64,000 bases of DNA. It comes from an uncultured virus (IMG/VR IMGVR_UViG_3300027907_000553) (lineage: Duplodnaviria > Heunggongvirae > Uroviricota > Caudoviricetes). The position numbers and the translations under genes are program-made. The stretch is from the IMG/VR virus record IMGVR_UViG_3300027907_000553; one strand, 5' to 3'. Below are positions 47,428 through 57,560 of this stretch, one piece after another. Numbering within the stretch: position 1 is the first letter of the stretch; the number at the start of each line of letters is the position of its first letter. Below the pieces are notes generated by a model that worked only from the letters and a program-made list of their open reading frames with translations, had not been told where the DNA came from and did not search any database.

Positions 47428-49673
47428 GTAAATTCCTTCTCCCCTTCCTGAAAAATGAGGTACAAAATACGCTTGCCGTCTTTGGCAGTCGTAAGGCTGC
47501 CAATATCCGCCATGCTCCTCAAGATGCTCTGGAGTTCATCGCTCGTCACTCCAGACAGATGTTTCTGGAGTTCGCGGGCGCTCATCGTCCCATGCACGCC
47601 CAGGAGATGTTCGACCCGTCTTTCAAGTTTGAGCCTGCGTCTTGTCTGGCGCGTCGGTGGCCCATCGCTTGCGAGGGTCCCGACCAACTCATGCAGGTTC
47701 GTGCGCCAGTCTTCGACTAAACACTGCGCCTCTTGCCAGTAGGGCAGGGTGATGGTGTCGTGGCCCTCGATGGAGGCCAGCAGCATTGCCACCCGGAGCG
47801 CCTTCTCATGGGCGCGACTGTACCAGGGCGACAAGTCGGGCGGCACGTCCCCGGCTTGCGTCACGTCCATGAGCGCATCGTTATACGTCTCATAGGCGTC
47901 GTAGGTCGCGGTATCAAGGAGCATGGTATGCTGGGGAAAGTTGCTGATAGAGCCTTTCCATTCGCCGGTGCGCTTGCCGCTCTCCTCTTTGATTTCCTCG
48001 ATGGAGACCGTGGGACTGCCCAGTCTGGCATGCCAGGCAGACAATGGCAGCACTAAATCGCCAGGCAATGTGTAGGCTTCGCGGGGGCGTGGTGTCCGCA
48101 CAGGCTGGACTCCAGCCGGAGGGGTCACACAGACAAAGCGAGGCCAAAAGCCATCATGCCACCACGCATCCCCCTCGCCCATGAAGGGCAGCAGATCATG
48201 CGGCGTGGCATTGCCCAGCAAGGCGAGATACGGGTTGTTGATACGCTCCAGGCCGCGCGCAATCGTGCCGGTTTCAAAGGTGGGGGCGCCGCCTTCGAGG
48301 ACAATCAACAGCTTGTTGAGTTCTGCCTGGGGGCTATCAATGCGGCGCATCTGGTGTAGCATGCCTCCCCATTCTTCGTAAAACCATCCACGCTGCGCAC
48401 TAAACCCGTAGGCCTTGCGCATCTCTTCTTGTTCATCCAGGTCCTTTTTGGCGTACTCTTGCGGGACAACGCCCGCCATGAGTTTGAGGAGAAACTGCGG
48501 CGTGGTACGGTCGGGACTGAGCAAATGGCCGCACCCAGCCCGCCGCACCAAGCGGACACCAATAGCTGCAGCGGTCGTCTTCGTCCAGTGGGTACTCTCA
48601 GATACGAGTGCCAGAAAGAGCGTGGGAAAGAGATCGGTACTCCCCATGTGCAGGACAATGCGCCGGGCCGCAATGGTCGAAAGCACCCACAAGCCCACCG
48701 CGATATGGAATCCTGGTGCGGCGCGTGGTGCCCAGTAGGTACTGTGCGCGACGTACGCACCCAGCCACGTAGACAGGTGCGGGGCCTTACAGGCTGCTCG
48801 TGCTGGGAGGGGCGGGGGGCGTGGCGCATCGCCAGCGACCACGGCCGGGGCGCCTGCCTGGCCGGATATGTAGCAGGGAGCCGAGGCGGTAATCGCCTCG
48901 AACTCTTCGAGCGTGCCCCCGCTGGCAAACCAATCCGTGATGTCACTGCCTGGAATGTTGGTATGGAAGTCCGCAATAATTTTCGTGGACGCGGCGATGT
49001 CTTTCAGGGCCTCAGCGACGAATGCGGCATGCGCCATGCCTGGCACGTCAAAATCTGGCAAGAGGACGACCTGTGCTCCCCGTAACGTCTCGCTGTAGTT
49101 CTTGCGCCACTTCTTCGCGCCCATCGGGTTGCAGGTGGCGTTGAGGCCCCTGGCCTGCAGGGTGTCAGCGTCCTTCTCGCCCTCGACTACATAGATGATT
49201 TTATCGAGCGCCACGGCTTCGAGGATTTCTGGCAGGTGATACAGCACGGTCTCGATGCCGTCGAGATTCCAGAGATACTCGCCATGGTGAGCAGCGTCTG
49301 GGCGTCGCTGAAGAAAAAATTTGGGTTCATAGCGGACGGTCTGATGCAGGACATGCCCATGCATATCGACATAATCATAGATTTTGACAATCCGCCGTTT
49401 CTCACGCAGAGGCCGGGGGGTGGCCACAAATAAGTCCGCCATTGTGAGACCAAGGGCGCGTACAATCTCCACGGACTCACAGCCGCCAAAGCACTTCAGT
49501 AAAATGCGGTCGTCCGTCGGCGTAATCGAGAGCGACGTGTCGGTCTTGCCTTGATGAGCCGGGCACTTGGCCCGCCAGCCATCTTTCTCCGGGCTCGGGT
49601 TGGGACAGAGCTGCGCCACGGCTTCCGCAAGACTGTAGGCATCCTCACAGCCAGCCAACGAGGGAAGGGTCAT
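47424..49673 (-). CDS. Primase (Zn finger plus TOPRIM) fused to a DUF3987/YfjI-like helicase domain
   Basis: CPAH..KCFGGC; VVEGEKDADTL; LPDFDVPG; DITDW; DGFWPRF. Confidence 0.85.
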   Translation of the reverse strand: MTLPSLAGCEDAYSLAEAVAQLCPNPSPEKDGWRAKCPAHQGKTDTSLSITPTDDRILLKCFGGCESVEIVRALGLTMADLFVATPRPLREKRRIVKIYDYVDMHGHVLHQTVRYEPKFFLQRRPDAAHHGEYLWNLDGIETVLYHLPEILEAVALDKIIYVVEGEKDADTLQARGLNATCNPMGAKKWRKNYSETLRGAQVVLLPDFDVPGMAHAAFVAEALKDIAASTKIIADFHTNIPGSDITDWFASGGTLEEFEAITASAPCYISGQAGAPAVVAGDAPRPPPLPARAACKAPHLSTWLGAYVAHSTYWAPRAAPGFHIAVGLWVLSTIAARRIVLHMGSTDLFPTLFLALVSESTHWTKTTAAAIGVRLVRRAGCGHLLSPDRTTPQFLLKLMAGVVPQEYAKKDLDEQEEMRKAYGFSAQRGWFYEEWGGMLHQMRRIDSPQAELNKLLIVLEGGAPTFETGTIARGLERINNPYLALLGNATPHDLLPFMGEGDAWWHDGFWPRFVCVTPPAGVQPVRTPRPREAYTLPGDLVLPLSAWHARLGSPTVSIEEIKEESGKRTGEWKGSISNFPQHTMLLDTATYDAYETYNDALMDVTQAGDVPPDLSPWYSRAHEKALRVAMLLASIEGHDTITLPYWQEAQCLVEDWRTNLHELVGTLASDGPPTRQTRRRLKLERRVEHLLGVHGTMSARELQKHLSGVTSDELQSILRSMADIGSLTTAKDGKRILYLIFQEGEKEFT

Positions 49674-49733
49674 AGGTGTCTCCTCTTGGCGGCGTGTGTG
49701 GCTCCCACCCCTAGCTTGCGAGAGGGTAAATAA

Positions 49734-49937
49734 TTGGCTAATGTATATCCCACGGATAGACCTCCTTCTGAGCGTGTGCACAAAAAGCGCGGGCCGGTGA
49801 AGCAGGCCGGTATGGTCGATACCCATATCCACCTGCCCGCCGAGTTACTGGAGTGGGCCAAGCATCAGCCCGAGCGGCTCTCTCCTATGATCCGGCGCTT
49901 GCTCACCGAGGAGCGCCGCAAAACACAAACATCCTAG
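49734..49937 (+). CDS. Small DNA-binding-like protein
   Basis: THIHLPAELLEWAK..IRRLL; start uncertain. Confidence 0.45.
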   Translation: MANVYPTDRPPSERVHKKRGPVKQAGMVDTHIHLPAELLEWAKHQPERLSPMIRRLLTEERRKTQTS

Positions 49938-50009
49938 CATGGCAGACTATTTTGTGTCATACTTATAGCAATGTTAATGCACAATGAAGTCCGTTAGCAA
50001 GGAGAAAAT

Positions 50010-50213
50010 ATGCTCAAGAGAGTCACCACGACGGTGCGGCTCTCGGCCAGTGCCAAGGAACTCCTGGAACTCTTAAGCGAGCTGCACTGTTTAAGTCATT
50101 CGGCCGTGATGGAAATTGCCTTGCGGGAGAAAGCGAAGCGGGACAAGGTCATGCCCGAGCGCGTCTTGTTCCCCCAACTCGTCGCGCCCGGCGACAGCGA
50201 CGGGGCTCTCTAG
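50010..50213 (+). CDS. RHH regulator
   Basis: TTTVRLSASAKELLELLSELHCLSHSAVMEIALRE; AAGGAG SD. Confidence 0.7.
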   Translation: MLKRVTTTVRLSASAKELLELLSELHCLSHSAVMEIALREKAKRDKVMPERVLFPQLVAPGDSDGAL

Positions 50214-50738
50214 CCACGTTTCGTGTTAGCGCGACAGCGGGAGCAGCGGCTCCGCCTGTACCTGTTTGTGGATCCACGAGGGCTCTGGTGCCCCGGTACA
50301 CATGACGTGATCCGACACGAGCCGTCGCACCGGATCGCGCCACGTCTGGAAGGCGTAGCTTTCGCCTGCGGGCATCATGAGCGTGAGCGTGGTCGTCTGC
50401 CAAGGCAACCAGAGGTGGCGGCGATGCGCGCCGGGAAGCGCCTGGTGCTGCATGGGACTCATCAACCATCCTTTCTCTTGTAGGGGTTCCGATGCCTGAC
50501 TATCCGCGCCTGGAGGCGCATAGCCTGGTCCATCTCCTGCCCTCGGGGGACTGGCCTACGGCGCTGGCCGACGCCCTCGACGGCGCCCTGGACGGTGACA
50601 CGATCGTGGTCCACGACCCGGCCATGCAAACCCTGGCGGAGGCGACAACGGCCCGGCTCTATCCCCACAAACGCCTGCTGTTCTGCCTGGGCGTGCCGAC
50701 CGATGCTTGGCCCTGGCAGCAAGCGGGACGGTAGTCGG

Positions 50739-51122
50739 TCAGCGCCGCTTCTTCTGCGTGGCGTGGCAGTCCACACAGAGCGTCACGAGGGCCTGGGGTG
50801 GCACGTCCCAGGGCAGGACCCCTGCCACGTACCACTTGTGGTGCACCTGGAGCTCTTTCGTCGTCGCCCCACACGCTTGGCACGTCCAGGAATCGCGGGC
50901 GAAGATGCGCAGGCGCGTCTGCTGCCAGCGCGGATCGCGCAGCAGTTGCCGATAGGCGCGGCGCCGGGCGGTGGTGGTGCGACGCAGCGGAGGCTCCTTG
51001 CTAGGGCGTGTGGCCCTCGGGGAGGTTGCCAAGGTTGCCGGGCGTGACGCCATAGCCTTCGGCCTTCGCCTGGGTGTGACGGCCAGGGCGGTTGCCCGTG
51101 AGCTTCGTCTGGTCGATGCCAT
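50739..51122 (-). CDS. HNH endonuclease; true start probably near 50990
   Basis: DPRWQQTRLRIFARDSWTCQACG..LQVHH..LVTLCVDCH. Confidence 0.8.
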   Translation of the reverse strand: MASTRRSSRATALAVTPRRRPKAMASRPATLATSPRATRPSKEPPLRRTTTARRRAYRQLLRDPRWQQTRLRIFARDSWTCQACGATTKELQVHHKWYVAGVLPWDVPPQALVTLCVDCHATQKKRR

Positions 51123-52767
51123 TCCCGTCGTGGACGCTGTGCACGTAGGGGGGCGAGCTCACCACGCATGAGAGCGTCCCAGCGGGCATCGCGCCCAGTT
51201 GCCCCTCGGTGTGGCCGTAGGGATGCATTGCCCGGCCTGGCGTCAGGGATTTCCCGCCATCCGTCGCCTTGCTCCAGTCAATCCCGTTCCCATCGTGCAC
51301 CCTATCCGCATACGGCGGCGAGCTGAGGCACAGGTCCAGGCTGCCGGGGGGCATCGCCCCGAGTTGGCCCTCGCTCTGGCCGTAGTTTGCCTCCATCTGT
51401 CTGGTGTGCCGCTGGTGCACGCTCTTGTCGAGGTCGATGCGGGACCAGCCCGCCGCATAATTCTGGTCACTGGCCGCATACGGCGGTGACGAGCAACACA
51501 CATCAACGCTGCCTGGCGCTGTGTCGAGTGGCTTCTGCATACACAGGACCACCTCATAGTCGATCGCCAGATCGGGGCGCTTCTTCTCGTGCAGGCGCCG
51601 GAAGAAGCTCTTGTGCTCGGTGCGATGCGTGGTGTCCGTGCCAAACAGCCCGCCCTGCGTGCCGTGGTCCTCGACCAGGAGCGCGTGGTGCTCGTGCAGG
51701 GTGACCAGGCCAAGGGATTCGCACAGGGTGCGCCACTGGCCGGGGAAGTCTACGATGGCCCCGTCGCGGCAATAGGCTTTCACCACGAATACGGCAACCC
51801 CATTTGGCTTTAATAGGGCTACAACCTGTTCAAGTATCTGCTTACTGGCCTCCCAAAACGTCGTGCCGTGCTCGGTGCCAAGCTGGCCGGGGGATTCGTC
51901 GCCGTAGTTGCGTCCGACTCCCATCAAGCCGCCATGTCCTTTACCATCCTGCACTATCTTGGCTTTGAGCGCCTCATAGTTGGCAGGCGTATCATGGTTA
52001 ACAAGTTGATCTTCCCATGGCGGGCTCGACACGACCGCCTCCACCGTCCCCGCCGGCAGGTTGCCCAGTTGCGCCGGGGAGGTGCCGTAGGGTGTTGGTC
52101 CATTCATCGCCTGGGCATCATGCGCCGTCCTGGAGAATCGCTGATTATCATTTACCGGCAATGCGGCGTAGGGCGGACTACTGAGGCACGCATCGAGCGA
52201 GCCGGGGGGGAGAGCGCCGAGCTGACCGGGCGAGGTGCCGTAGTCCGTATTCATGCTCTGACCAGCTTTCCCGCCATGGTGATTGGTGTGTGTCTTTGGT
52301 CTCTCGGTAAACCAGTCGTGCTTGTCGGCGACACCTTCGCCACCGCTGAGGCTTGCTGCCCATGGTGGGCTACTTACGCAAGCGCTAACCTGCTCCCGCA
52401 GCACGGTTGCGAGCACGCGCGAATCGCCTTGGAGCAGCGTCGGCGCCACCCACTGCGGCAGGTGCGAGTATCGCCTGTTCCACAACTCCAGGTTGCCGGT
52501 GACGTGGTGCGGGTCGTGGTCGTTCTGCTGACTACACGCCTCATGTTTCGCACTACTGCCGCCACAGTCAAAGCCGTGGGCAATTGCACAAAAGCGGCTC
52601 TCTAGTTCTATGCCGATCCAATGTATCCCTGCGAGTGCTGCATCCATGCCGCCAAGTCCGACGCCTCCGAAGGGGTCAACGCAGGTATCTCCTGGCGCCA
52701 GCCATCCCTCAGCGATGCAGTGCTGGTAGATGCGTTGAATCAAGCTACGGGAAAATTTGGCAAGCAC
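51001..52767 (-). CDS. N4/N6 DNA methyltransferase-like protein with six SSPP(Y/W) repeats
   Basis: VDPFGGVG..GIELE motif I; six motif-IV copies; LLKPNGVAVFVVK. Confidence 0.85.
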   Translation of the reverse strand: MLAKFSRSLIQRIYQHCIAEGWLAPGDTCVDPFGGVGLGGMDAALAGIHWIGIELESRFCAIAHGFDCGGSSAKHEACSQQNDHDPHHVTGNLELWNRRYSHLPQWVAPTLLQGDSRVLATVLREQVSACVSSPPWAASLSGGEGVADKHDWFTERPKTHTNHHGGKAGQSMNTDYGTSPGQLGALPPGSLDACLSSPPYAALPVNDNQRFSRTAHDAQAMNGPTPYGTSPAQLGNLPAGTVEAVVSSPPWEDQLVNHDTPANYEALKAKIVQDGKGHGGLMGVGRNYGDESPGQLGTEHGTTFWEASKQILEQVVALLKPNGVAVFVVKAYCRDGAIVDFPGQWRTLCESLGLVTLHEHHALLVEDHGTQGGLFGTDTTHRTEHKSFFRRLHEKKRPDLAIDYEVVLCMQKPLDTAPGSVDVCCSSPPYAASDQNYAAGWSRIDLDKSVHQRHTRQMEANYGQSEGQLGAMPPGSLDLCLSSPPYADRVHDGNGIDWSKATDGGKSLTPGRAMHPYGHTEGQLGAMPAGTLSCVVSSPPYVHSVHDGNGIDQTKLTGNRPGRHTQAKAEGYGVTPGNLGNLPEGHTP

Positions 52768-52890
52768 TCAGGGATGGGCGAAGGCTTCCGGCACAATGAG
52801 CTGTTGCCAGGAGCCAGCGTACGCCCCTCGCCACTCATCGACCGTTGGTCCTTCGCCCATCCCTTTGTTCTCCTGGATGGTATTTTTCAT
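52768..52890 (-). CDS. N-terminal fragment of the methyltransferase, ending FAHP*
   Basis: In frame with 51001..52767, separated by a single TGA. Confidence 0.6.
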   Translation of the reverse strand: MKNTIQENKGMGEGPTVDEWRGAYAGSWQQLIVPEAFAHP

Positions 52891-53107
52891 GTCGCCCCTC
52901 AGAACAGCGCCGGTTGCGCGTCCGTGGTGGGTTGTGGCGTTGGCGTCAGTGGCAGGGCGGCCAGGAAGGCCGTACAGCCCACCACGGCTAGTGCATGGGG
53001 ATGGCCGTAGCCGTGGACCGCCACGGCAAAGCCACACGTACAACAGGTCTCGTGCAGCTGGCGCGTCATCGTGCCCGGAGGCGTGCTACACAGCCAGCAA
53101 TCGTCGG

Positions 53108-53527
53108 TCATGCCTGTCTCCTGGTGAGGAGGGCCTGGATCGTGGCCCAGTCCTCAGGGCGATAGACGCCTGTCTCGATATGGGTCACCTGGGCGAGGGC
53201 GTCGAGCCAGCGCCGTTGTGCGGGGCTTACCTGGCCCGCCGCACTTTTATATTCCCACAGATAGAGCGGCCCGCCGTCTGGATGCACCAGCACGTCATCC
53301 GGGAAGCCTGGGGCACTGCGGCGACTGCCCTTCCCCTGTGTGTGGTAGCGGAGCCACCCCGTCGCCGCCGCAACCACCTGCACGCGGCTTTCCAGCGCCG
53401 CCTCAGAGCTCCTGGGGTCCATGCCGCTTGCCGGCGGGCGCACGGTCAGCGCGGGGTCGAGGGCTAACCCGTGACGCTGTGCGTGGTCAATGGCGTCGGC
53501 TTCCGTCCAGCGATCACGCTGACGCAT
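53108..53527 (-). CDS. VRR-NUC-like PD-(D/E)xK nuclease
   Basis: GFPDDVLV..WEYKSAAGQVSPAQRRWLDAL. Confidence 0.8.
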   Translation of the reverse strand: MRQRDRWTEADAIDHAQRHGLALDPALTVRPPASGMDPRSSEAALESRVQVVAAATGWLRYHTQGKGSRRSAPGFPDDVLVHPDGGPLYLWEYKSAAGQVSPAQRRWLDALAQVTHIETGVYRPEDWATIQALLTRRQA

Positions 53528-54560
53528 GGGGCTCTCCTTGTTTCTCCACCGTGCTGTTCAAGATGTGCCACGCCAAGACGGCGGTTTGTGGACACCATCC
53601 ATTGCCTAACGCACGCAGACGGGACACACGGTCGGCGACACCTGACGCCACACGCGGTACGTCTGCAGGTTCAGTGGTCCACCAACTGTCCATCCCAGGG
53701 GCCAATTCATCAGCCATTCTACCCACGTCGGATTTAACTGCCCGCCTATCTGCTCGCTCAAGGGGCGACTGTTCCGGTCGTGGGTCGCGGGGCTGGCCTT
53801 GACGGAGCGCCAGTCGCGGGAGGTCTGGGTCGCCAGCCGTACCGCCTGCTCCAGCACCAATTGCACCTTCTTGCCCTTGTGGTAAAAGCTGTTTCCCTCC
53901 TGCTCGGCATGCCAGGTGGTGCGGCCCCCGTTCGGGACATTGGGCGTCGGCCACAGCTCCTGCCGCGCCATCGTCTCTAGGGACGGACGGATCTTGCCGA
54001 CTCTCCCCGCCGCTCCGCCCTGATTCGTTCCGTAGCTGATCGCGGCTGGGGTCGGTAGCCAGTATCCAGAGCCGTTTGCGGAGATGGGGCGCTCCGACGT
54101 CATCAGCCCCCAGACAGCACCAGCGTGCATCCATCCCCAGCGCGGCAAGGTCACTAAGCACGCGGTCGAGGCCTCGAACAACAAGCCCTGGAACGTTCTC
54201 AATAAAGACGTAGCGGGGTCGTATCTCCCCAATAAGACGGGCGAACTCTGTCCATAAACCTGAGCGTGCGCCCGTAATGCCGGCTCGCTTCCCGGCGGTG
54301 GAGATGTCCTGGCAGGGGAACCCCCCACTGACGACATCGACACGTCCCCGCCAGGGTTTCCCGTCAAAGGTGGTAACGTCATCCCAGACGGGAAACCAGG
54401 GGAGGAGACCGTCTGTCTGTCGCTGGATGAGGACGCGCTGGCAGTAGGGGTCGATCTCGACGGCACAGACGGGTCTGTGTCCGAGAATGAGGTCGGTAAG
54501 GAGGCTTCCGCCAGCGCCTGCAAATAGATGGAGAGTTCTAAGGGGGTGCAATTGATCCAT
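53514..54560 (-). CDS. C5 cytosine methyltransferase
   Basis: LFAGAGG, GGFPCQDIS, ENVPGL, HLRKRLW, RLRALGNG. Confidence 0.93.
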   Translation of the reverse strand: MDQLHPLRTLHLFAGAGGSLLTDLILGHRPVCAVEIDPYCQRVLIQRQTDGLLPWFPVWDDVTTFDGKPWRGRVDVVSGGFPCQDISTAGKRAGITGARSGLWTEFARLIGEIRPRYVFIENVPGLVVRGLDRVLSDLAALGMDARWCCLGADDVGAPHLRKRLWILATDPSRDQLRNESGRSGGESRQDPSVPRDDGAAGAVADAQCPERGPHHLACRAGGKQLLPQGQEGAIGAGAGGTAGDPDLPRLALRQGQPRDPRPEQSPLERADRRAVKSDVGRMADELAPGMDSWWTTEPADVPRVASGVADRVSRLRALGNGWCPQTAVLAWHILNSTVEKQGEPHASA

Positions 54561-54586
54561 GTCACGTCGCAACCTTTCTCTCTCAC
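53606..54586 (-). CDS. Overlapping alternative-frame ORF supplying TRD/motif IX of the C5 MTase
   Basis: WLPTP, LWPTP, LNPTWVEWLMNWPLGWT. Confidence 0.65.
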   Translation of the reverse strand: MREKGCDVTWINCTPLELSIYLQALAEASLPTSFSDTDPSVPSRSTPTASASSSSDRQTVSSPGFPSGMTLPPLTGNPGGDVSMSSVGGSPARTSPPPGSEPALRAHAQVYGQSSPVLLGRYDPATSLLRTFQGLLFEASTACLVTLPRWGWMHAGAVWGLMTSERPISANGSGYWLPTPAAISYGTNQGGAAGRVGKIRPSLETMARQELWPTPNVPNGGRTTWHAEQEGNSFYHKGKKVQLVLEQAVRLATQTSRDWRSVKASPATHDRNSRPLSEQIGGQLNPTWVEWLMNWPLGWTVGGPLNLQTYRVWRQVSPTVCPVCVR

Positions 54587-55367
54587 AGTAAGGGGAATGC
54601 TCGGGGCGGGCTAGGCACGGGGACATCCTAGCCCGCGGGGTTCTGGGAGACAAGCCCAAACACGGGCGTCAGTCTGTTGTCCTTATGTGCGCGCTGTCAA
54701 AGCTGCCTCGGTTGCCGTTGCGCAATTCGCAGTCCCAGGCCTCTAAGGTGTCCTGGGTCGCATATTGGATCAGCCAGAGCGCCCTCGCCTTATACCAACG
54801 CTTGCGTGCGGTGTCATATACTTCAATCTCGTCTCCTGCCTTGTAGGCGGTCTGGGTTTCCATCTGCTCCCTTTCCTGCGTGGTGCAACTCGTGTTGTCC
54901 ATCGTCGTTTCTCCTGCGTGGTAACGTGCGTAGCGCAGGCTCGCCCCTTACAGGAAGCGCCCGCAGCAGAGAATCGCTAACAGCGCGGCGCCGCCTGCCA
55001 GGGCTACCCCGCCCATGCCATAGTGTCTATGCTGAAAATCCATGAGTGCGCTCGCCCAGAATCCACAGGCGGTGACCACCATCACGAACGTAAAAATGAC
55101 GCGTTGTCCCTCGGTCACAGCGGGGCCTCCTGCGATGCGGTGCATGAGGACCGCCTCGCGCGGGCGCGAATGGCGGCAATCAGGTGTGTATACGCCTCGG
55201 CCAGGTCTGCCGTGGGCGGCAGAGGCAGACGCGTCACGAGGCCGTCCGATGCGACATGCGCCACCCGGTACAGGCCCTGGTCCTGGAGGAGGCACAACCG
55301 GCTGCCATCGGGCGCAGCGGTAGTTGTGAGGACGTGCAGGGTGAGGGGCATAGGAAGTCTCTCCTTG

Positions 55368-55565
55368 TCAAGCGTGGTGTACGGGCTGGATGGCCGTGCA
55401 CGCCCACACCAGGGCGCCGATCCAGCCGAGGCCCGTCCAGCCGAGCAACAGGGTGAGGATGCCAATCGCCAGGGTCTGGGGATGGTCCCGGCCCGCGGCC
55501 ACGACCAGGGGGAAAAAGTAGCCAAGCGCCAGGGCGGCAAGGACCAACAGATCAAGCGGGTTCAT
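55368..55565 (-). CDS. Superinfection immunity protein (T4 Imm-like)
   Basis: YFFPLVVAAGRDH..LLLGWTGLGWIGALVWA. Confidence 0.85.
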   Translation of the reverse strand: MNPLDLLVLAALALGYFFPLVVAAGRDHPQTLAIGILTLLLGWTGLGWIGALVWACTAIQPVHHA

Positions 55566-55617
55566 CGTTCGTCTCCTTGGGATGAGGGGCTGCGTGGCGG
55601 CAGCCCGTGGGTGGTGC

Positions 55618-56151
55618 TTAGCAGGCGAGCCCGCCGGGGGCACGTTGCCCCAGCGCGATGGCCTGCAAGGTGGCGTTTGCCAGATCGGCTACGGCTGCTT
55701 CTGCCGCGACGTCGACCCTTCCGTGGAGTTGAAGATGCGGTCTATCGCCATCATAGAGCCGGGTCATGGTGTCGTCGTCGCCGTGGAACCAGACTTGTCC
55801 GTACTGATCCCGGATGGCTTGCCCATGGGCACCCTTGTAGGTTGCGTGATAGGCAATCCGTGTGCGGCGTGGTAATGCCTTTTTGACTAAGGCTGCACTC
55901 CAGCGGTGTTTGCATTTTCCGTCTGGGGCGCGGGCAAAGTCCTGGCAGTCACAGTGCCCATGGCGGACCTGGTAGACCACCTCGGCATCCTTGCCGCTCC
56001 TCACCGTCGCCGTGCCATCGGGCAGCAGCTCCACGTGGCCGTTCAGCGCAAGGAGGAGCCCCCGCTCAATGCGGGCGTGCTCGCCAGGGTACCGGGTCGT
56101 GGCCTTCTCAGCCAGGGCGCGGAGGTCGGTGTCAAACTGGGTAATGGTCAT
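55618..56151 (-). CDS. SWIM zinc-finger protein
   Basis: YQV..CDCQDF..CKHRW. Confidence 0.75.
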   Translation of the reverse strand: MTITQFDTDLRALAEKATTRYPGEHARIERGLLLALNGHVELLPDGTATVRSGKDAEVVYQVRHGHCDCQDFARAPDGKCKHRWSAALVKKALPRRTRIAYHATYKGAHGQAIRDQYGQVWFHGDDDTMTRLYDGDRPHLQLHGRVDVAAEAAVADLANATLQAIALGQRAPGGLAC

Positions 56152-56629
56152 GGTCGGGTCTCCTTGGTGGTGCGGTTAGGGGAGAATGGTAATGGAGGTC
56201 GTCGCCCAGGCTTTGGCTTGGGCGATCGCGTCCCGCAAGGGCATGCGGAGATAGCGCGGGGTCGGATCGTCATCGATCTGGATAGCCCATAAGGCCGTCG
56301 GTGCACCGCGGGGTTGCCGGGGCGTGTGGCCGTGGGAAACTTCGTACTGGCGCGTGTCGACGTGAATCATGGTGTGTCTCCTTGGTGTCATCTGAGGTTT
56401 ATGCTGCCTGTGAACAGCTACGCGGGATGCGCAGGCTCATTACACCGGTTGTCTGTCGTAGACCTCTTCGCGCTCTATGCTACCGTCTACGGGGCATTTC
56501 TTTTCAGTCGGCGTCGCGGGGAGTGTACCGCTTCGTGCCCTGCCGCTGTCTTTCCCTCCCCGGTTTCTAAAGTGCCGGCACTCATGAGGTACTTAACTCT
56601 TCGTTTGTCACTCGCTTCATCTGTTTATA

Positions 56630-56704
56630 ATAGTAAAGAACATTCTTATTCTTGGCAAGGGTAAATATGCACTGATTGACATTTTTTTTCTTATAGGATA
56701 CTAT
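56630..56704. promoter_or_regulatory. Back-to-back sigma70 promoters
   Basis: Rightward TTGACA(56676)-17-TACTAT(56699); leftward TTGCCA(56658)-17-TACTAT(56635). Confidence 0.75.
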
Positions 56705-56720
56705 TTTATCTCTCAAGGAG

Positions 56721-56936
56721 GTGAATATGCGGAACCTTGGCCGGGAAATCAAAAAGGCACGTGCCGACAAAGGCTGGAAACAACAGGACTTACAAGCGGC
56801 AACCAAGCTCAGCCAAACCTATTTGAGCCAGATAGAGTTGGGCAAAGTCGATCCGCGTTTTTCTATCGTGCAACGCATTGCTCGTGCGCTTGATGTGAGC
56901 CTTGATCAGCTTGGAAAGCCTGACGAGCATGACTAA
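56721..56936 (+). CDS. XRE/Cro-like HTH regulator
   Basis: IKKARADKGWKQQDL..SQTYLSQIELGKVDPR. Confidence 0.92.
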   Translation: MNMRNLGREIKKARADKGWKQQDLQAATKLSQTYLSQIELGKVDPRFSIVQRIARALDVSLDQLGKPDEHD

Positions 56937-57560
56937 GTCTGGACCATAAGAGCTCTCTTCTGCTCTGCCCTCCGCCTTTTTCGCTTGACATCCCACCGCC
57001 GTTTCCAGGACACTTACAGCGCGTATTTGATTCTGTTCTGTGGTAGTTGCTTTGACCGTTGGTCTTGCATTTGGCTTGGGCGCCACAGTGGCGGGAGGGC
57101 CTCAACCGCCCCCCTGGCTCGCGCACGTCGAGCACGCCCATCTCACCCCATCCCTACTCTCTCTCCTAGAGAGAAGAGTCTTGACCTTCGTGCGTCTATT
57201 CCCCGAGGAGGCGGTCGATGGCGGAAAAGCCCCCGTGTCCGCACACCAACATTGAAGCCCAGGTGCAGGCCCGGCCTGCTGGGATGGTGCCCCAGGGCCA
57301 GCGCTATCAGGTCCTCGTGCGCCTGCGCTGTGCCGCCTGTACCGTGCCGCTCACGTTTGAGCTCCCGCCCGGCTTTGTGGGCGATACGATGCACGCCGCC
57401 ACGATGTCGAGCGATGCCTATGAGGCACGCCTGGGTGCCACCCTGAAGACGGCCGTGCCGACGCAGGACGTCGGTCCCTGGCTGGCGGTGACGGTGCTGC
57501 CGCAAGACGCCACGTCGGCGCCCACGAGCCCGCTGCCGGTCCCGGCTCCGGTGTAGTGCC

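Noticed and set aside
56392..56620. Possible structured ncRNA in the leftward leader
   Set aside because: No recognisable motif, repeat or clear fold by eye
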